Assembly (NCBI RefSeq): GCF_037042905.1
Contig: NC_087251.1
Coordinates: 48,734,001-48,798,000, forward strand
DNA length: 64,000 bases
Direction of reading: 5' to 3'
Source: Lytechinus pictus
Lineage: Eukaryota
The notes below the pieces were generated by a model. The model saw nothing but the letters and a program-made list of their open reading frames with translations, was not told the DNA's origin and did not search any database. The translations under genes and the position numbers were made by a program. Of this stretch, positions 63,143-64,000 are shown piece after piece. How positions within the stretch are numbered: the stretch's first letter is position 1; the number at the start of each line of letters is the position of its first letter.

Positions 63143-64000
63143 TGTATATATATATATACATATAGTAAAAAAAAACTTGTATCTCTATTGGCTTCATCGC
63201 AATAAAAGGGTTGATACACGAGATTTTGAAATCGCACATAACATGCATAATTTGTGTTACTTTTTGCTTGTTTCTTTCTTTAATAAGTTTTTCAATCTCT
63301 CTCTATTTATGTTTTAGAAAGATTATATGTTTAAATTGATATATATTTTCTGTTATAATGAGATATGTTTAAGTGGACTTCAGGGAATGGTCGTACGCAG
63401 CAAGGGGGAAGGGGGGCAAATTCGCGATCAGCTGTTGTGAAAAAAAAATTCCTTAACATTTCATGAAAACTATGAAAAATGTGCAAATGTGAGATGTGCA
63501 CCAAATAATTTTATTACACTTGTAAAAAAAAAATAATCGCCCCATTGAGCAGCTCGGTCTGTTTACTCTATCGTTTTTATTTTTTTTCCAAAAATTTGTT
63601 CGAGTCTTGCCCCCCCCCCCGGAAATATTATCTGCGTGTGGTCATGCAAAATGGCATGACTGGAAATCCTACATTTTGAAAAGAGCATTTGACAGGGTCA
63701 GACTTTACCCCTATTTCAACGTTTTCTTTTATGGCGCCGGTGAAGTGCAAAAATATGTGCGCCGCTCGGCAGTGCGCCCCCCCCCCTTTCGCCAAAAGCT
63801 GGATCCGCCTATGGATGAGTTGACAATTGGACGAATTGGCATTAGACGAATTATAAATAAACCGTTTCATATAACAGGCGCGTGATCAACCCTAAAAATG
63901 GAAGGGGCCGACATGGTGCATAGGCCAGAATATGAAAAAAGGTGTGAGGGGGCGAAGGGGGGGAGCAAATATTCTGACATTTTTTATTCGAAAAATTAAT

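Larger units (their letters stand above)
59301..63813. mobile_element. 4.5-kb non-autonomous hAT-like element with 5-bp TSD
   Basis: Termini CAGTGGCGAATCCAG / CTGGATCCGCCTATG; GATGA duplicated at 59296-59300 and 63814-63818. The host repeat starting at ~59052 is rejoined when the element is removed. Confidence 0.65.

Overview
AT-rich, intron-containing animal genomic DNA. The repeat landscape suggests an echinoderm, probably a sea urchin; this is inference, not a proven assignment. I can reconstruct four protein-coding genes, all on the minus strand. The first is a 3-coding-exon TMEM26-like gene (106-8258, 460 aa). The second is an intronless ZIP/SLC39 zinc transporter (34878-35903). The last two are tandem paralogous two-exon class A GPCRs with an aminergic (histamine H3/muscarinic-like) fold (47367-50057 and 55429-58073); both are 392 aa with identical exon lengths, and both lack the amine-binding Asp3.32. 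The rest is dense with non-autonomous DNA transposons, many nested, identifiable by terminal inverted repeats (TIRs) and target-site duplications (TSDs): hAT, Tc1/mariner, PIF/Harbinger, Kolobok-like, EnSpm-like and AcademH-like. LINE remnants, SINEs and minisatellites are also present. The most interesting signals are a SINE fragment with an apparent 7SL/Alu-like head joined to a B-box and a Deu-domain-like body, the charge-swapped GPCR pair, a 4.5-kb element with a 5-bp TSD carrying a higher-order satellite, and a possible 10.8-kb Kolobok-type element. No CRISPR array, rRNA or intact tRNA gene was found. Superfamily labels rest on TSD and terminus rules recalled from general knowledge, not on database searches.
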